NCBI GenBank assembly: GCA_963716255.1
Contig: OY970303.1
Span: forward strand, 3,456,001-3,520,000
Direction: 5' to 3'
DNA from: an uncultured Gemmatimonadales bacterium
GTDB taxonomy: Bacteria > Gemmatimonadota > Gemmatimonadetes > Longimicrobiales > Longimicrobiaceae
DNA length: 64,000 nt
Part shown: positions 1-10,307 of the stretch, piece after piece
Layout of the letters: each line of letters opens with the position of its first letter
How positions within the stretch are numbered: position 1 is the stretch's first letter
Made by a program: the position numbers and the translations under genes
Notes under the pieces: model-generated
What the model saw: only the letters and a program-made list of their open reading frames with translations
Told to the model about the DNA's origin: nothing
Databases searched by the model: none

Positions 1-44
1 AGCAGGAAGCGCGGAGCCCAGCCGCGCAGCGTCACGGGGATCAC
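1..44 (-). CDS. Partial CDS (5' end only), probably the ABC permease partner
   Basis: GTG overlaps the ABC ATPase stop (GTGA); the frame stays open to the window edge. Confidence 0.35.
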   Translation of the reverse strand, partial: MIPVTLRGWAPRFL

Positions 45-964
45 TTCGCGGCCTCCTCCGCCAGGACCTGGTGCAGCCGCTCCTCCAGCCCGGCGCCCGC
101 CGGGGTCACGGAGCGCACCCGCACGCCGCCCCCCAGCAGCGCCGCCAGGCGGCGGCTCATCTCCCCCTCGTCCGCGGCGCGCACCGTCCACGCCTCCCCC
201 GTCCGCACCGCGCCCGGAAAGGCCTCCGCCACCCGGCCCTCGGGAGCGTCGCCCGCCAGCTCCAGCCGCCACTCCGCCGGCCGCCCGGGGGCGCGCAGAT
301 CGAGCTCGGCGCGGATGCGCCCCCCCGCCAGCACCGCCACCCGGTCCACTGCGCGCTCCACCTCCGGCAGGTTGTGCGACACCACCATCAGCACCCGCTC
401 CGGGTCCTCCGCTCGCCACTCCGCCAGCACCCCGCGCAGGCGCGCCACCCACACCGGGTCCAGCCCGTTGAGCGGCTCGTCCAGCAGCAGGACCCGGCGG
501 GGGCCTACCAGCGCCTGCGCGATCGCCAGCTTCTGCAGGTTCCCCTTCGACAGCGCGCCCACGCGGCGGCGGGCCAGCCCCTCCAGCCCCAGCATCCCCA
601 GCACCCGGTCGACGCGGGCGTGCGCGTCCGGGACCTCGCCCAGCGCGGCGAATGCGCCGAGCGCGCCGCGGGTCGTCCAGCGCGCGGGGATGGCCACCGA
701 CTCGGGGACGTAGCCGATGCCGTGCCTTTCCACGAAGGCGCGCGGTGCCATCCCGCCCACGCGAACCTCGCCGGAGGTGGGGCGGAGAAAGCCCAGCAGC
801 AGGCGGATGAGGGTGCTCTTCCCCGCGCCGTTGGGGCCCACGATCCCCAGCGCGGTGCCGGGGGCGACCTCCAGCGAGATCCCGTCCAGCGCGCGCACCC
901 TGCCGTCCGCGGCGCGCCACGGCGGGGCGGAGTATTCCTTGACGACGTCGGCCAGGCGGATCAT
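41..964 (-). CDS. ABC transporter ATP-binding protein
   Basis: Starts MIRLADVVKEY; Walker A GPNGAGKST, LSKG signature, Walker B LLLDEP, H-loop VSH. Confidence 0.92.
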   Translation of the reverse strand: MIRLADVVKEYSAPPWRAADGRVRALDGISLEVAPGTALGIVGPNGAGKSTLIRLLLGFLRPTSGEVRVGGMAPRAFVERHGIGYVPESVAIPARWTTRGALGAFAALGEVPDAHARVDRVLGMLGLEGLARRRVGALSKGNLQKLAIAQALVGPRRVLLLDEPLNGLDPVWVARLRGVLAEWRAEDPERVLMVVSHNLPEVERAVDRVAVLAGGRIRAELDLRAPGRPAEWRLELAGDAPEGRVAEAFPGAVRTGEAWTVRAADEGEMSRRLAALLGGGVRVRSVTPAGAGLEERLHQVLAEEAAK

Positions 965-1096
965 GTGCCCAAGGTGAGGGCGCGGGCGGCGGGGACGCAA
1001 GGGCGGGAGGTACGGATCCTGCGCCGCCGCGCCGGCATGAGCAAGAGCATGGCGTACACCGGGCGGGAGCGGCGCCTCCACCCCCGCGGCGGGCGG

Positions 1097-1876
1097 ATGG
1101 AATCGCTCCGCGGGATCCTCTTCGGGCTGTTCCGCTGGATCGGCGGGCACGTCCGCGGCTTCCACGCCGCCGTCGGCGCGTTCCTGGCCATCGGGCTGGT
1201 GTTCGCGGTGGCCGCTGTGGCGGCCTTCGCCACGGTGGCCGAGGAGGTGATGGAGGGGGAGACCCAGGCGATGGACGTGGCGGTGCTGCGCTGGATGGAG
1301 CGTCACCACACGCCGCAGCTGGACATCTGGGCGCTGGAGGTCACCGCGCTGGGGTCGGGGCTGGTGGTGGCGATGACGGTGGCCATCGCCAGCGTGTTCC
1401 TGTGGGTGACGCGGCACCGCTACTCGGTGGTGCTGCTGTGGACGGCGCTGCTGGGGTCGGGGCTGATCAGCCGCACCCTCAAGAGCATCTTCGACCGGCC
1501 GCGCCCGGACGTCTTCCCCTGGCAGGCGCACCACGTGGACCAGGGCTCGTTCCCCTCCGGCCACGCCACCACCTCCATGGTGGTGTACCTGACGCTCGCC
1601 TACCTGGTGGGGCGCCTGGCTGAAACGCACCGGCTGCGCGCGCTCACCCTGCTGGTGGCCGCCGTGCTGATCTCCTGCATCGGGCTTTCGCGGCTGTACC
1701 TGGGGGTGCACTACCCCTCGGACGTGCTGGCGGGGTACGCGGTGGGCTTCGCGTGGGCCACCTTCTGCGCGCTGGGGATCGAGGCGGTGCGCTTCTTCCG
1801 CGCGCGGAAGCCGGGGGTGGAGCAGGTGGAGGAGGGGCTGGAGGGAGGATTGGAGGGGAAGACCGGTGCGGACTGA
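1097..1876 (+). CDS. PAP2 family membrane phosphatase
   Basis: Motifs KSIFDRPRP, SFPSGHA and SRLYLGVHYPSDV; several TM helices. Confidence 0.92.
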   Translation: MESLRGILFGLFRWIGGHVRGFHAAVGAFLAIGLVFAVAAVAAFATVAEEVMEGETQAMDVAVLRWMERHHTPQLDIWALEVTALGSGLVVAMTVAIASVFLWVTRHRYSVVLLWTALLGSGLISRTLKSIFDRPRPDVFPWQAHHVDQGSFPSGHATTSMVVYLTLAYLVGRLAETHRLRALTLLVAAVLISCIGLSRLYLGVHYPSDVLAGYAVGFAWATFCALGIEAVRFFRARKPGVEQVEEGLEGGLEGKTGAD

Positions 1877-1915
1877 GAGAGCCGCACTTTCGCGCGGCGC
1901 GGCGGCGGTGTTACC

Positions 1916-2413
1916 ATGCCGGCGCCGCCCCGCACCGACCCGTTCCCGGAGGCTGCCGTGACCGTGCTTCCCCTGCTGTTCTCCGCTACGCTGTGGGCGG
2001 CGCCCTGCCCGCCCGCGTCCCCCCGCTGCTCGTGCATTCCGCCGGTGCCCCCGCGCGAGGCGCTGGGGCAGTCGGACGCGGTGTTCGCCGGCCGGGTGGT
2101 GTCGGTGACGGAGCGGCGGGAGGAGGACCCCGGGCACCCGGGCGGCCCCCACCTGGAGGTGCGGATCGTCGCCGGGAGGCGCTGGAAGGGCGCCGGCGCG
2201 GATACCGTGGTCGTGCGCACCGCCGACAGCAGCGCGGCGTGCGGCTACCCCTTCGAGGCCGGCGGGGAGTACCTGGTGTACGCGAGGGGCGAGGACGCGC
2301 TGCGCGTGGTCAGCTGCTCGCGCACGCGGCCGCTGGCGCAGGCGGGGGAGGACCTGGCGGCGCTGGGCGCGCCGGCGGTCACGCGCATCCCGGTCCGCAA
2401 GGAGATCCCGTAG
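1916..2413 (+). CDS. Secreted TIMP/NTR-like protein
   Basis: Hydrophobic N-terminus, then CSC...DAVFAGRV...ACGYPF..GGEYLVYA...CSRT; start could be the GTG at 1958. Confidence 0.7.
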   Translation: MPAPPRTDPFPEAAVTVLPLLFSATLWAAPCPPASPRCSCIPPVPPREALGQSDAVFAGRVVSVTERREEDPGHPGGPHLEVRIVAGRRWKGAGADTVVVRTADSSAACGYPFEAGGEYLVYARGEDALRVVSCSRTRPLAQAGEDLAALGAPAVTRIPVRKEIP

Positions 2414-2703
2414 CGGCAGGGCCGCCCGGGAGGGCCCCGCGTGGGGGACGGCGTCCCCCGGATCCGAGCATGCCGCGCCCGGCGGCCCGTCGCTGTCGTC
2501 GCATCGTTCCCGCTCCGTCGCCCGTGGTTTCCGCTCCTCCCCGCGTCCGCGTTCCCGCCGTATGATACAGGACGAGGCGGAGGGGGCGATGGTTGCGGGG
2601 CGGACGGAAGCTTCCGCGGGCGAGCCGCCCGATCCACGGGGTGAATGGCGGCGGCCCCGCGCGCGCGACCCCACGGTTCCCGATCCAGCCGAGCGTCTGC
2701 CCC

Positions 2704-3525
2704 ATGTCCCAGCTCCACTACAGCGAGCACCTGCCGCCGCCCGACCTGGCGGGCCGGGTGGAGTGCGTGTGGACGCTGCGCTCCCAGGGGCGGCTTCCGG
2801 CCGCCGTGCTGAACCGGGTGCTCCCGGACGGGTGCACCGACGTCATCTTCGACCGGGGCGAGCCGTACGCCGCCGGCGGGAATCCCCGTCCCCGGCCGGG
2901 CAGCTACGTCGTGGGGGCCATGCTGCGACCCGCCGAGGTGTGGGTGGAAGGCGAGGTGGACCTGCTTGGCGTGCGCTTCCGCCCCGGGGGCGCCGCCGCG
3001 TTCCTCCCGCTGCCGCTGGCGGAGATCACCGACGCCGTGGTGCCGCTGGACGAGCTGTGGGGCGGGCGGGCGGGAGAGCTGGAGGCGCGTGTCCTGGAAG
3101 CGCGCGGCGCGGAGCGGGTGCGCGTCGTGGAGGAGGCCCTCCGGCGGCGCGCCGCCGGGCGGACGACGCACCCGGCCGTCGCGCGGGCCTCCGCGCGGAT
3201 CGCCCGCTCGCACGGGAGCGTCGGCGTGGAGGCGCTGGCGGCGGAGACGGGGACGAGCCGTCGGCACCTGGAGCGCCTGTTCGCGGACCAGGTGGGGCTG
3301 TCCCCCAAGGCGGCGGCGCGGGTGGCGCGCTTCCGCCGGCTCTGCGGCCTGCTGCGCGCCCTGCCCGGGGCGGGGTGGAGCCGGCTGGCGCTGGAGTGCG
3401 GCTACCACGACCAGGCGCACATGATCCGCGAGTTCCGCGGCTTCGCCGGCCTCACCCCGGAGGCGTACCGCCGCGAGCAGGCGCGTGTCGCATCCGTACA
3501 ATACGCCGCCGCCGGCGGAGCGTAG
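2704..3525 (+). CDS. AraC family transcriptional regulator
   Basis: VLPDGC N-terminal motif; C-terminal HTH RHLERLF...GYHDQAHMIREFRGFAG. Confidence 0.9.
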   Translation: MSQLHYSEHLPPPDLAGRVECVWTLRSQGRLPAAVLNRVLPDGCTDVIFDRGEPYAAGGNPRPRPGSYVVGAMLRPAEVWVEGEVDLLGVRFRPGGAAAFLPLPLAEITDAVVPLDELWGGRAGELEARVLEARGAERVRVVEEALRRRAAGRTTHPAVARASARIARSHGSVGVEALAAETGTSRRHLERLFADQVGLSPKAAARVARFRRLCGLLRALPGAGWSRLALECGYHDQAHMIREFRGFAGLTPEAYRREQARVASVQYAAAGGA

Positions 3526-3580
3526 CTTGGGGCACCGCCGGACCGCCGGCCGCCACCCGAACCCCGAACGACCAGGACCG

Positions 3581-3967
3581 ATGAAGAAGCTGACCCCCGT
3601 GCTGTACGTGGAGGAGATCGAGCCCGCGCTCCCCTTCTGGGTGGAGCGCCTGGGCTTCGCAAAGACCGCCGAGGTGCCCCACGGCGACCGCCTGGGCTTC
3701 GTGATCCTGCAGAAGGGCGACGTGGAGATCATGTACCAGACGCGCGCCAGCGTCCAGGAGGACGTGCCGGCGCTGGGCGGAATGCCCATGGGCGGGAGCA
3801 TGCTGTTCGTGCAGGTGGAGGACCTGGACGCCGTGGAGCGGGCGCTGGAGGGGATCGAGCCGGTGACGCCGCGGCGCAAGACCTTTTACGGCGCGGACGA
3901 GCTGATCGTGCGCGAGCCCGCCGGCAACGTGGTCAACTTCGCGCAGTTCGCGGAGGAGGGCGGTTAG
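3581..3967 (+). CDS. VOC/glyoxalase family protein
   Basis: LTPVLYV...FWVERLGF...FYGADELIVREPAGNVVNF; SD AGGA. Confidence 0.85.
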   Translation: MKKLTPVLYVEEIEPALPFWVERLGFAKTAEVPHGDRLGFVILQKGDVEIMYQTRASVQEDVPALGGMPMGGSMLFVQVEDLDAVERALEGIEPVTPRRKTFYGADELIVREPAGNVVNFAQFAEEGG

Positions 3968-3988
3968 GCGGACTCGCTGGAGCTGCAC

Positions 3989-4125
3989 GTTCGGGCGTGT
4001 CCCCGGCTGTCGCCGGGGTCGGGCTTCGGCTCCGTAGCAGACGAAACAACCGCCTGCAACGGAGGCGAGACCCGGCGGAAACGGCCCCGCCGGGTCTCGC
4101 CCCTCCGGGCCGAAATCCCTCACGC
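3989..4125 (-). repeat. Structured intergenic repeat family 1, copy A
   Basis: Reverse complement of GCGTGAGGGAT...GAGACCC...CTCCGTT..TACGGAG..GCCCGACCCC..CACGCCCGAAC. Confidence 0.9.
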
Positions 4126-4252
4126 GGGCATCTCACCGGCGTCCGCGAATGCGGGCCGCCGCGAATTGACGCCCGCGGCCCCCGCCGGTAAGATCCATCG
4201 CCGCCGGACGCCGCTCCGGCCCACCTCCCACGCCCCGGATGACGCTCCGCCG

Positions 4253-4900
4253 ATGACCCTCCTCCCCCTCGCCACCGCCCTGGTCGCGGGCTTCGCCCAC
4301 GCGCTGGAGCCCGACCACATGGCGGCGGTGACCACCTTCGTGTCCCGCCGCCCGCGCCCGCTGGAGGCGCTGGGGTTCGGGATCCGCTGGGGGCTGGGCC
4401 ACTCCGCGGCCATCGTGGCGGTGGGCGGGGCGCTGGTGCTGCTGGGGGTGCGGGTGCCGGAGGGCGTGGCGCGCGGGCTGGAGTTCGGGGTGGGGGGGCT
4501 GCTCACCGGGCTGGGGCTGTGGCTGCTGTGGAGCGTGCTGCACGGGCGGGCGCACGCGATGGCGGAGCGCGGCCATCCCCACGCGCACGCGCACGGCGGG
4601 CACCAGCACGGCCGGGGCGGCTCGCTGTGGGTGGGGATCGCCCACGGGCTGGCGGGCACCGCGCCGCTGGTCGCGCTCCTTCCCGTGGCGCTCACCGCCT
4701 CGCCATGGGCGGCGGGCGGCTACCTGCTCTTCTTCGGGGTGGGGACCACGCTGGCCATGGGGATCTACGCCGCGGTGGCCGGGGCGCTCTTCCACCACGC
4801 CGGGCGCCGCTTTCCCGGGCTGGGCGGCGCGCTGCGCGCCGCCACGGCGCTGGGAAGCGTGGCGCTGGGCATCGCCTGGATGTACGGCGCGGCGGCCTGA
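4253..4900 (+). CDS. Ni/Co transporter-like membrane protein (UreH/RcnA-like)
   Basis: HALEPDH motif in TM1, His-rich loop HPHAHAHGGHQH, GIAHGLAG. Confidence 0.8.
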   Translation: MTLLPLATALVAGFAHALEPDHMAAVTTFVSRRPRPLEALGFGIRWGLGHSAAIVAVGGALVLLGVRVPEGVARGLEFGVGGLLTGLGLWLLWSVLHGRAHAMAERGHPHAHAHGGHQHGRGGSLWVGIAHGLAGTAPLVALLPVALTASPWAAGGYLLFFGVGTTLAMGIYAAVAGALFHHAGRRFPGLGGALRAATALGSVALGIAWMYGAAA

Positions 4901-5033
4901 CCACGCCGGGCGGGACACGAAATTCCAGAGGCAACGGCCTGCCGGCGCTCGCCGCTGGCAGGCCGTATGCACGCTGGCGACGGACCTCCGCGGCGCACGG
5001 GGCGCGCGGGCCACACACACGGGAGGGGACGAC

Positions 5034-5321
5034 ATGGCGGACGAGGCACCGGTCACGATCAGGGTGAACAACAACGGCCCCTACTGGGTGGAGGGCCCCG
5101 TCCGCGTCGTGGACGCCGACGGCAACGAGTACGACATCTCCGCCAAGAAGCGCGTGAGCCTGTGCCGCTGCGGCGCATCCACCAACAAGCCGTTCTGCGA
5201 CGGCACGCACTCCCGCATGGGCTTCGCCGCGGCCGAGCGCGCCGTGCGCGAGGCGGAGGGCGGCGCGCAGCCCGGTGCCGAGGGCGGTACGCAGGGTGGG
5301 CAGATGCCGGGGGCGATCTAG
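5034..5321 (+). CDS. CDGSH iron-sulfur domain protein
   Basis: NGPY...[24 protein letters not shown]. Confidence 0.92.
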   Translation: MADEAPVTIRVNNNGPYWVEGPVRVVDADGNEYDISAKKRVSLCRCGASTNKPFCDGTHSRMGFAAAERAVREAEGGAQPGAEGGTQGGQMPGAI

Positions 5322-5329
5322 CGTCGTTC

Positions 5330-5372
5330 TCCCCCTCTCCCGCTTGCGGGGGAGGGGGCCGGGGGGAGGGGG
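5330..5372. repeat. REP-like palindrome (CCCCTCTCCCGCTTGCGGGGGAGGGG type) attached to family 1 copy B
   Basis: Similar hairpins at ~14586-14638 and ~59651-59703. Confidence 0.7.
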
Positions 5373-5400
5373 CCTCCCGCGGACGCCAGCGCGATGCCCC

Positions 5401-5536
5401 GCGTGAGGGATTACGGCCCGGAGGGGCGAGACCCGGCGCGGTAGTTTCCGCCGGGGCTCGACTCCGTTGCAGACGGTCGTTTCGTCTGCTACGGAGCCGA
5501 AGCCCGACCCCGGCGCCAGCCGGGGGCACGCCCAAC
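5401..5536 (+). repeat. Structured intergenic repeat family 1, copy B
   Basis: GCGTGAGGGATTACGGC...CTCCGTTGCAGACG..CGTCTGCTACGGAG...GGCACGCCCAAC. Confidence 0.9.
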
Positions 5537-5656
5537 TCCGCAGTTCGAAAAAAGCCGTTCGGACGACACCTTGACACCGCCCGGCCGGGCGATTTCGTTT
5601 GCGGAAGCTCCCGGCGGACACCGTCCGCACGACCCCCTGCACAGGAGGATAAGACC

Positions 5657-6526
5657 ATGGCGAGCCGGCCGATCGAAGAGCGTGGGTACGCGCACCCCGA
5701 AGCGCTCGTCACCACCGAGTGGGTGGCCGAGCACCTGGAAGACCCGGACGTCCGCATCGCGGAATCGGACGAGGACGTGCTCCTGTACGACACCGGGCAC
5801 GTCCCCGGCGCGGTGAAGATCGACTGGCACGCGGACCTCAACGACCCGCTGATGCGCGACTACCTGGACCCGGAATCCTTTGCGCAGCTCATGCGGGCCA
5901 AGGGGATCGGGCCGGAGACCACCGTCGTCTTCTACGGCGACAAGAACAACTGGTGGGCCACCTACGCGCTGTGGGTGTTCCGGCTCTTCGGGCACGACCG
6001 GGTCAGGGTGATGGACGGCGGGCGCAAGAAGTGGGAGGACGAGGGGCGCCCCACCGGCACCGACGTGCCCGCCTACCCGGCCACGGAGTACCCGGTGCCC
6101 CACCGCGACGACGCAAAGATCCGCGCCTTCCGCGACGACGTGCTGGAGCACATGGGACGCAAGGGGCAGCTGGTGGACGTGCGCTCGCCGGAGGAGTTCA
6201 GCGGCGAGAAGCTGCACATGCCGGACTACCCGCAGGAAGGGGCCATGCGCGGCGGGCACATCCCGGGGGCGAAGAGCATGCCCTGGGCGCGCGCCGTGAA
6301 CCCGGACACGGGGGAGTTCCGCTCCGCCGAGGAGCTGCGCGGGCTGTACCAGGAGCAGCTGGGGCTGGACCCCGGGCAGGAGACCATCGCCTACTGCCGC
6401 ATCGGCGAGCGGTCGTCGCACACGTGGTTCGCGCTCACGTACCTGCTGGGGTTCGACAAGGTGCGCAACTACGACGGCTCGTGGACGGAGTGGGGGAACT
6501 CGGTGCGGGTTCCCATCGAGAAGTAG
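5657..6526 (+). CDS. Thiosulfate/3-mercaptopyruvate sulfurtransferase (tandem rhodanese)
   Basis: GHVPGA, GHIPGA, active-site [26 protein letters not shown]. Confidence 0.95.
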   Translation: MASRPIEERGYAHPEALVTTEWVAEHLEDPDVRIAESDEDVLLYDTGHVPGAVKIDWHADLNDPLMRDYLDPESFAQLMRAKGIGPETTVVFYGDKNNWWATYALWVFRLFGHDRVRVMDGGRKKWEDEGRPTGTDVPAYPATEYPVPHRDDAKIRAFRDDVLEHMGRKGQLVDVRSPEEFSGEKLHMPDYPQEGAMRGGHIPGAKSMPWARAVNPDTGEFRSAEELRGLYQEQLGLDPGQETIAYCRIGERSSHTWFALTYLLGFDKVRNYDGSWTEWGNSVRVPIEK

Positions 6527-6540
6527 CGTGATGCCTTGAG

Positions 6541-6673
6541 TCTTGCGGGCCGCTCCGGAGCCGGACGATACTGCCGTCCGTCTCCTGCGCGGGCTCCGGG
6601 AGCCCCACGGAACTGCTGTGGGTCTCCCTGCGCACGGGGGAAGCCTCGCCAAACTGCCGGCGAGTCTTCCCCC
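6541..6673 (-). repeat. Structured intergenic repeat family 2, copy 1
   Basis: Reverse complement matches 45551-45686 (..GCGCAGGAGACGGACGGC.GT.TCGTCCGGCTCCGGAGCGGCCC..GCAAGA). Confidence 0.85.
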
Positions 6674-6863
6674 GTACAGATTTTGGGAACTGTGGGGAAC
6701 GGCGACGGCGCGCGTCGGCCGGCTTGCCTGCGTCGCCGGGGAGGCTCAGATTGCGGCGGGCCGCACCTGCGTCCTCCTGCCTTCCCGTATGTGGCGGCCG
6801 CGCTCCTTCCCTCCCGAGGTGACCTTGCCCGGAACCGGTCCACGCTCCCGCTCCCGAACACGC

Positions 6864-7670
6864 ATGGTGATCCTCGGCGCGGTCGGCCTCCTGCTCCTGG
6901 CGGGCGTCGCGCTGTTCGTGCGCCAGAGGCCCTCGCACGCGCGCGCCTGGCGGCCCGAGCAGGCGGTGCTGCCGCACGTCACCTTCCAGGACAGCCTGGT
7001 GCACGTGGGCAACGTGCGCGACTTCACCTTCCGCACGGCCGAGGACTTCACGCCGGGGTACCGCGACCGCACCTACGACCTGCGCAAGCTGGAGCGGGTC
7101 TGGTTCGTCCTGTCGCCCTTCAACCCGGACTGGCGCGGGCCCGCGCACAGCTTCGTGTCCTTCAGCTTCTCGGACTCGCAGTACGTCAGCATCTCGGTGG
7201 AGGCGCGCCGCGAGGCGGACGAGATCTACACGCCGCTGGGGGGCGCGCTGCGGCGCTACGAGCTGATCTACGTGGTCGGCGAGGAGCGCGACGTCATCGG
7301 GCTGCGCGCGGTGACCTGGAACGACCCCGTGTACCTGTACCCGGTGCGGGCCACCCCCGAGCAGGCCCGCGAGCTGTTCGTGCGCATGATGCGGCGCGCG
7401 CAGGCGCTGGAGCGGCGGCCCGAGTTCTACAACACCTTCCTCAACAACTGCACCACCAACATCCTGGACCCGGTGGACGAGATCGCCCCCGGCAGGATCC
7501 CGTTCGGCTGGGAGGTGGTCCTCCCCGGCTACTCGGACGGGCTCGCCCACGAGCGCGGCCTGCTGGACACGGAGCTGCCGCTGGAGGAGGCGCGCAGGAA
7601 GTTCCGGATCAACGAGCGCGCGCAGGCGGCCGTCGGGGACCCGGCGTTCTCCGCCCGCATCCGCGCGTAG
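6864..7670 (+). CDS. DUF4105 family protein
   Basis: N-terminal TM helix; NVRDF, AHSFVSF, SVEARRE, YNTFLNNCTTN. Confidence 0.8.
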   Translation: MVILGAVGLLLLAGVALFVRQRPSHARAWRPEQAVLPHVTFQDSLVHVGNVRDFTFRTAEDFTPGYRDRTYDLRKLERVWFVLSPFNPDWRGPAHSFVSFSFSDSQYVSISVEARREADEIYTPLGGALRRYELIYVVGEERDVIGLRAVTWNDPVYLYPVRATPEQARELFVRMMRRAQALERRPEFYNTFLNNCTTNILDPVDEIAPGRIPFGWEVVLPGYSDGLAHERGLLDTELPLEEARRKFRINERAQAAVGDPAFSARIRA

Positions 7671-7688
7671 ACCCGCACCCGCACCCCC

Positions 7689-8486
7689 ATGGACACGCCC
7701 ATCCCCCGGCCGGCCGCGGCGGACGCGCCCGCCGGCGATTCCGCCGGGCCCCGGCTCTACGGCGAGCTGGCGGCGTGGTGGCCGCTGATGTCCTCCCCGG
7801 ACGAGTACGTGGAGGAGGCCGCGTTCTACGGACGGGCGCTCGTGGATGCCTGCGAGCTGCCGCCGCGCACCTGCCTGGAGCTGGGGAGCGGCGGGGGCAA
7901 CAACGCGTCGCACCTCAAGGCGCGCTTCGCCATGACGCTGGTGGAGCCCTCGCCGGGGATGCTGGAGGTGAGCCGCCGCCTGAACCCGGAGTGCGAGCAC
8001 GTGCGCGGCGACATGCGGACCGTGCGGCTGGGCCGCCGCTTCGACTGCGTGTTCGTGCACGACGCGGTGGCGTACATGACCACCGAGGCGGACGTGCGCG
8101 CGGCCATCGAGACCGCCTGGGCGCACTGCGGGCCGGGCGGCGCGGCGCTCTTCGCCCCGGACCACGTCCGCGAGAACTTCCGGCCCTCCACCGACTGCGG
8201 CGGAAACGACGGCGGGGACGGCCGGGGGCTGCGCTACCTGGAGTGGACGTGGGACCCCGACCCGGCGGACAGCACCTACACGGTGGACTACGCGTACCTG
8301 CTGCGGGAGGCGGACGGCTCGGTGCGCGCCGTGCACGACCGGCACGTGGAAGGCCTGTTCGCCCGCGCGGACTGGCTGCGCTGGCTGTCCCAGGCGGGGT
8401 TCCGCCCGGCCGTGGTCCCCTTCGACCACTCGGAGCTGGAGCCCGGCGCGTACGAAGTCTTCGTGGCGACGAAGCCGCGCGAGTGA
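7689..8486 (+). CDS. Class I SAM-dependent methyltransferase
   Basis: LELGSGGG motif I; GDMRTVRLGRRFDCVFVHDA. Confidence 0.9.
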   Translation: MDTPIPRPAAADAPAGDSAGPRLYGELAAWWPLMSSPDEYVEEAAFYGRALVDACELPPRTCLELGSGGGNNASHLKARFAMTLVEPSPGMLEVSRRLNPECEHVRGDMRTVRLGRRFDCVFVHDAVAYMTTEADVRAAIETAWAHCGPGGAALFAPDHVRENFRPSTDCGGNDGGDGRGLRYLEWTWDPDPADSTYTVDYAYLLREADGSVRAVHDRHVEGLFARADWLRWLSQAGFRPAVVPFDHSELEPGAYEVFVATKPRE

Positions 8487-8583
8487 CCTGCCCGCGGCGC
8501 CGGGTGCCGCGGGTGGACCTCGCGGGCCGGAAGCGCGGTACACCCTACCGTCCGCCGTGGTCTCCTCTTGCCCGATCCCGGTC

Positions 8584-9384
8584 ATGCGCACGCTCCCCGC
8601 TCTCGCGCTCCTCGCCCTCGCCACGTCTGTGCCGGCAGCGGCACAGGCCATTGCCGTGCCGGTCCGCTGCCACGGCGACTGCCCGCCGCCCGGCCGGATG
8701 CCGCGGATCCTCACGCTGGACTCGGTACAGGTCTCCGCCACCGTGGAGGACCGCGGCGCAACCACCTACGTGAGCCACGTCTTCCGGCACGGGACGGCGG
8801 GCAGCATCGACGCCGCGTTCTTCTTTCCGCTCCCGGACGATGCCATCCTCACCACGGTGTCGGTCTACGAGGGCAGCGAGCTGGAGGTGTACAACGACTG
8901 GAGCCGGCCGGAGGAGGCGCGCTGGATCCTGGACGGCATCGCGCGCGAGCGGCCGGGCTCCGGGCTGGAGGCGTACGCGGGGCAGCGGCTGGTGCACGTC
9001 CACCTGCCGTCCGTCCCGCCCGGCGGCACGCAGCGCGTCCAGGTGGGCTACTCGCAGCCGGCCCGCGCGGAGGGCGCGGCTCGCGGCTATCGCTACCCAC
9101 TCTCGGTGGGCGCCGCCGCCGCCCCCTTCCGCGCGCTGGACCTGGTCTTGGTGGTGCGCACCGGGGTGGGGTTTGGGGACCTGCGCTCGCCCAGCCACGA
9201 CGTGGACGTGCAGGCGGGCACGGAGCTGGGCCGCTGCCCTCCGCAGTCGCGCTGCGGCACCATGTCCGTCCCGTCGCACCGCGTGAAGGTGGTGAGGCTG
9301 AAGCGCGGGGGCGACGTCCGGGCGCGGGACTTCGAGCTGGTCTACACCCCGCTGGAAGGGAGCGCGCCGCCCGGACCCCGGTGA
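8584..9384 (+). CDS. Secreted VIT-domain protein lacking a vWA domain
   Basis: Signal peptide; ATTYVSHVFRH...DAAFFFPLPDDA...QRVQVGYSQ...YRYPL. Confidence 0.65.
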   Translation: MRTLPALALLALATSVPAAAQAIAVPVRCHGDCPPPGRMPRILTLDSVQVSATVEDRGATTYVSHVFRHGTAGSIDAAFFFPLPDDAILTTVSVYEGSELEVYNDWSRPEEARWILDGIARERPGSGLEAYAGQRLVHVHLPSVPPGGTQRVQVGYSQPARAEGAARGYRYPLSVGAAAAPFRALDLVLVVRTGVGFGDLRSPSHDVDVQAGTELGRCPPQSRCGTMSVPSHRVKVVRLKRGGDVRARDFELVYTPLEGSAPPGPR

Positions 9385-9416
9385 ATCCCCGCCGCGCCCC
9401 CGTCGCCGCCCCGGCG

Positions 9417-9872
9417 ATGGCTTCCCTGCCCATGCCACCCGGATCTCCATTGATCTCCACCCAGGTCTCGCGCGCGAGCGCCGTTCTCCTCCTCGCCGGG
9501 GGGCTCGTGCTGCTGTTCGCGCCGGACGTCGTCCTGCCGCGCCTCGTTCCCGGCTTCCCGGCGGGGGGCGAATGGCTGGGGCAGCTCCTCGCCGCCGCGC
9601 TGCTGGCCCTGGCGGCGCTCGACTGGCTCAGCCGCGCGGTGCTGCTCGGCGGGATCTACGGGCGCCCCGTGGTCCTCGCCAACGCGGCGTTCTACTTCGT
9701 CGCGGCGATGGCGCTGCTCAGGCACGCCGTGGGACGCGACGTGCCCGCGGCGTTCTGGGTCGTGGCCGTTCCCGTGGCGCTGCTCGCCGGGGTGTACGGC
9801 TGGCTGCTCCTTCGCGGCCCCGCGGAGCGCGACCTCCAGGCCTACCGCAGATCGCAGCTCGGGGAGCCGTGA
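9417..9872 (+). CDS. Small 4-TM membrane protein
   Basis: Four hydrophobic segments; GGIYGRPVVLAN. Confidence 0.65.
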   Translation: MASLPMPPGSPLISTQVSRASAVLLLAGGLVLLFAPDVVLPRLVPGFPAGGEWLGQLLAAALLALAALDWLSRAVLLGGIYGRPVVLANAAFYFVAAMALLRHAVGRDVPAAFWVVAVPVALLAGVYGWLLLRGPAERDLQAYRRSQLGEP

Positions 9873-9975
9873 GGATGGACCGTGCGGAACCGAGCGTGAA
9901 CGCGCCCGGACGGGCGCCGGGAGCGGATCTTCTGTCGAGGCTGTTCGCTGCCCGGCCGCAGACGCGGAGTGGCAG

Positions 9976-10182
9976 ATGAGCGAGATCGTATTCGAGGTCT
10001 CCGACGCTGCGGAAGGCGGTTATACCGCCCTGGCACGGGGAGCATCGATTTACACCGACGCGGACACCTTTCCCGGGCTGCGCGAGGCAGTTCGGGACGC
10101 GGTGCGCTGCCACTTCCAGGAGGGGGAGGGACCGGCATTCATCCGGCTCCGCTATGTCCGCGTGGAAGTGATCGCCATGTGA
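9976..10182 (+). CDS. Small HicB-like protein (orphan antitoxin-like)
   Basis: EIVFEV...EGGYTA...IYTDADT...LREAVRDAVRCHF pattern. Confidence 0.65.
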   Translation: MSEIVFEVSDAAEGGYTALARGASIYTDADTFPGLREAVRDAVRCHFQEGEGPAFIRLRYVRVEVIAM

Positions 10183-10307
10183 GCCCCGCCCGTCCGCGGC
10201 AGCTCCACGGCGGCGGTCGCCGTGTCGGTTGTTGCGCCGCGCGGTCCCGCACACCATCCTGCACCGTAGAGCGCTCGTCGGAACCCGCGTCCACAGGATC
10301 AACACCC

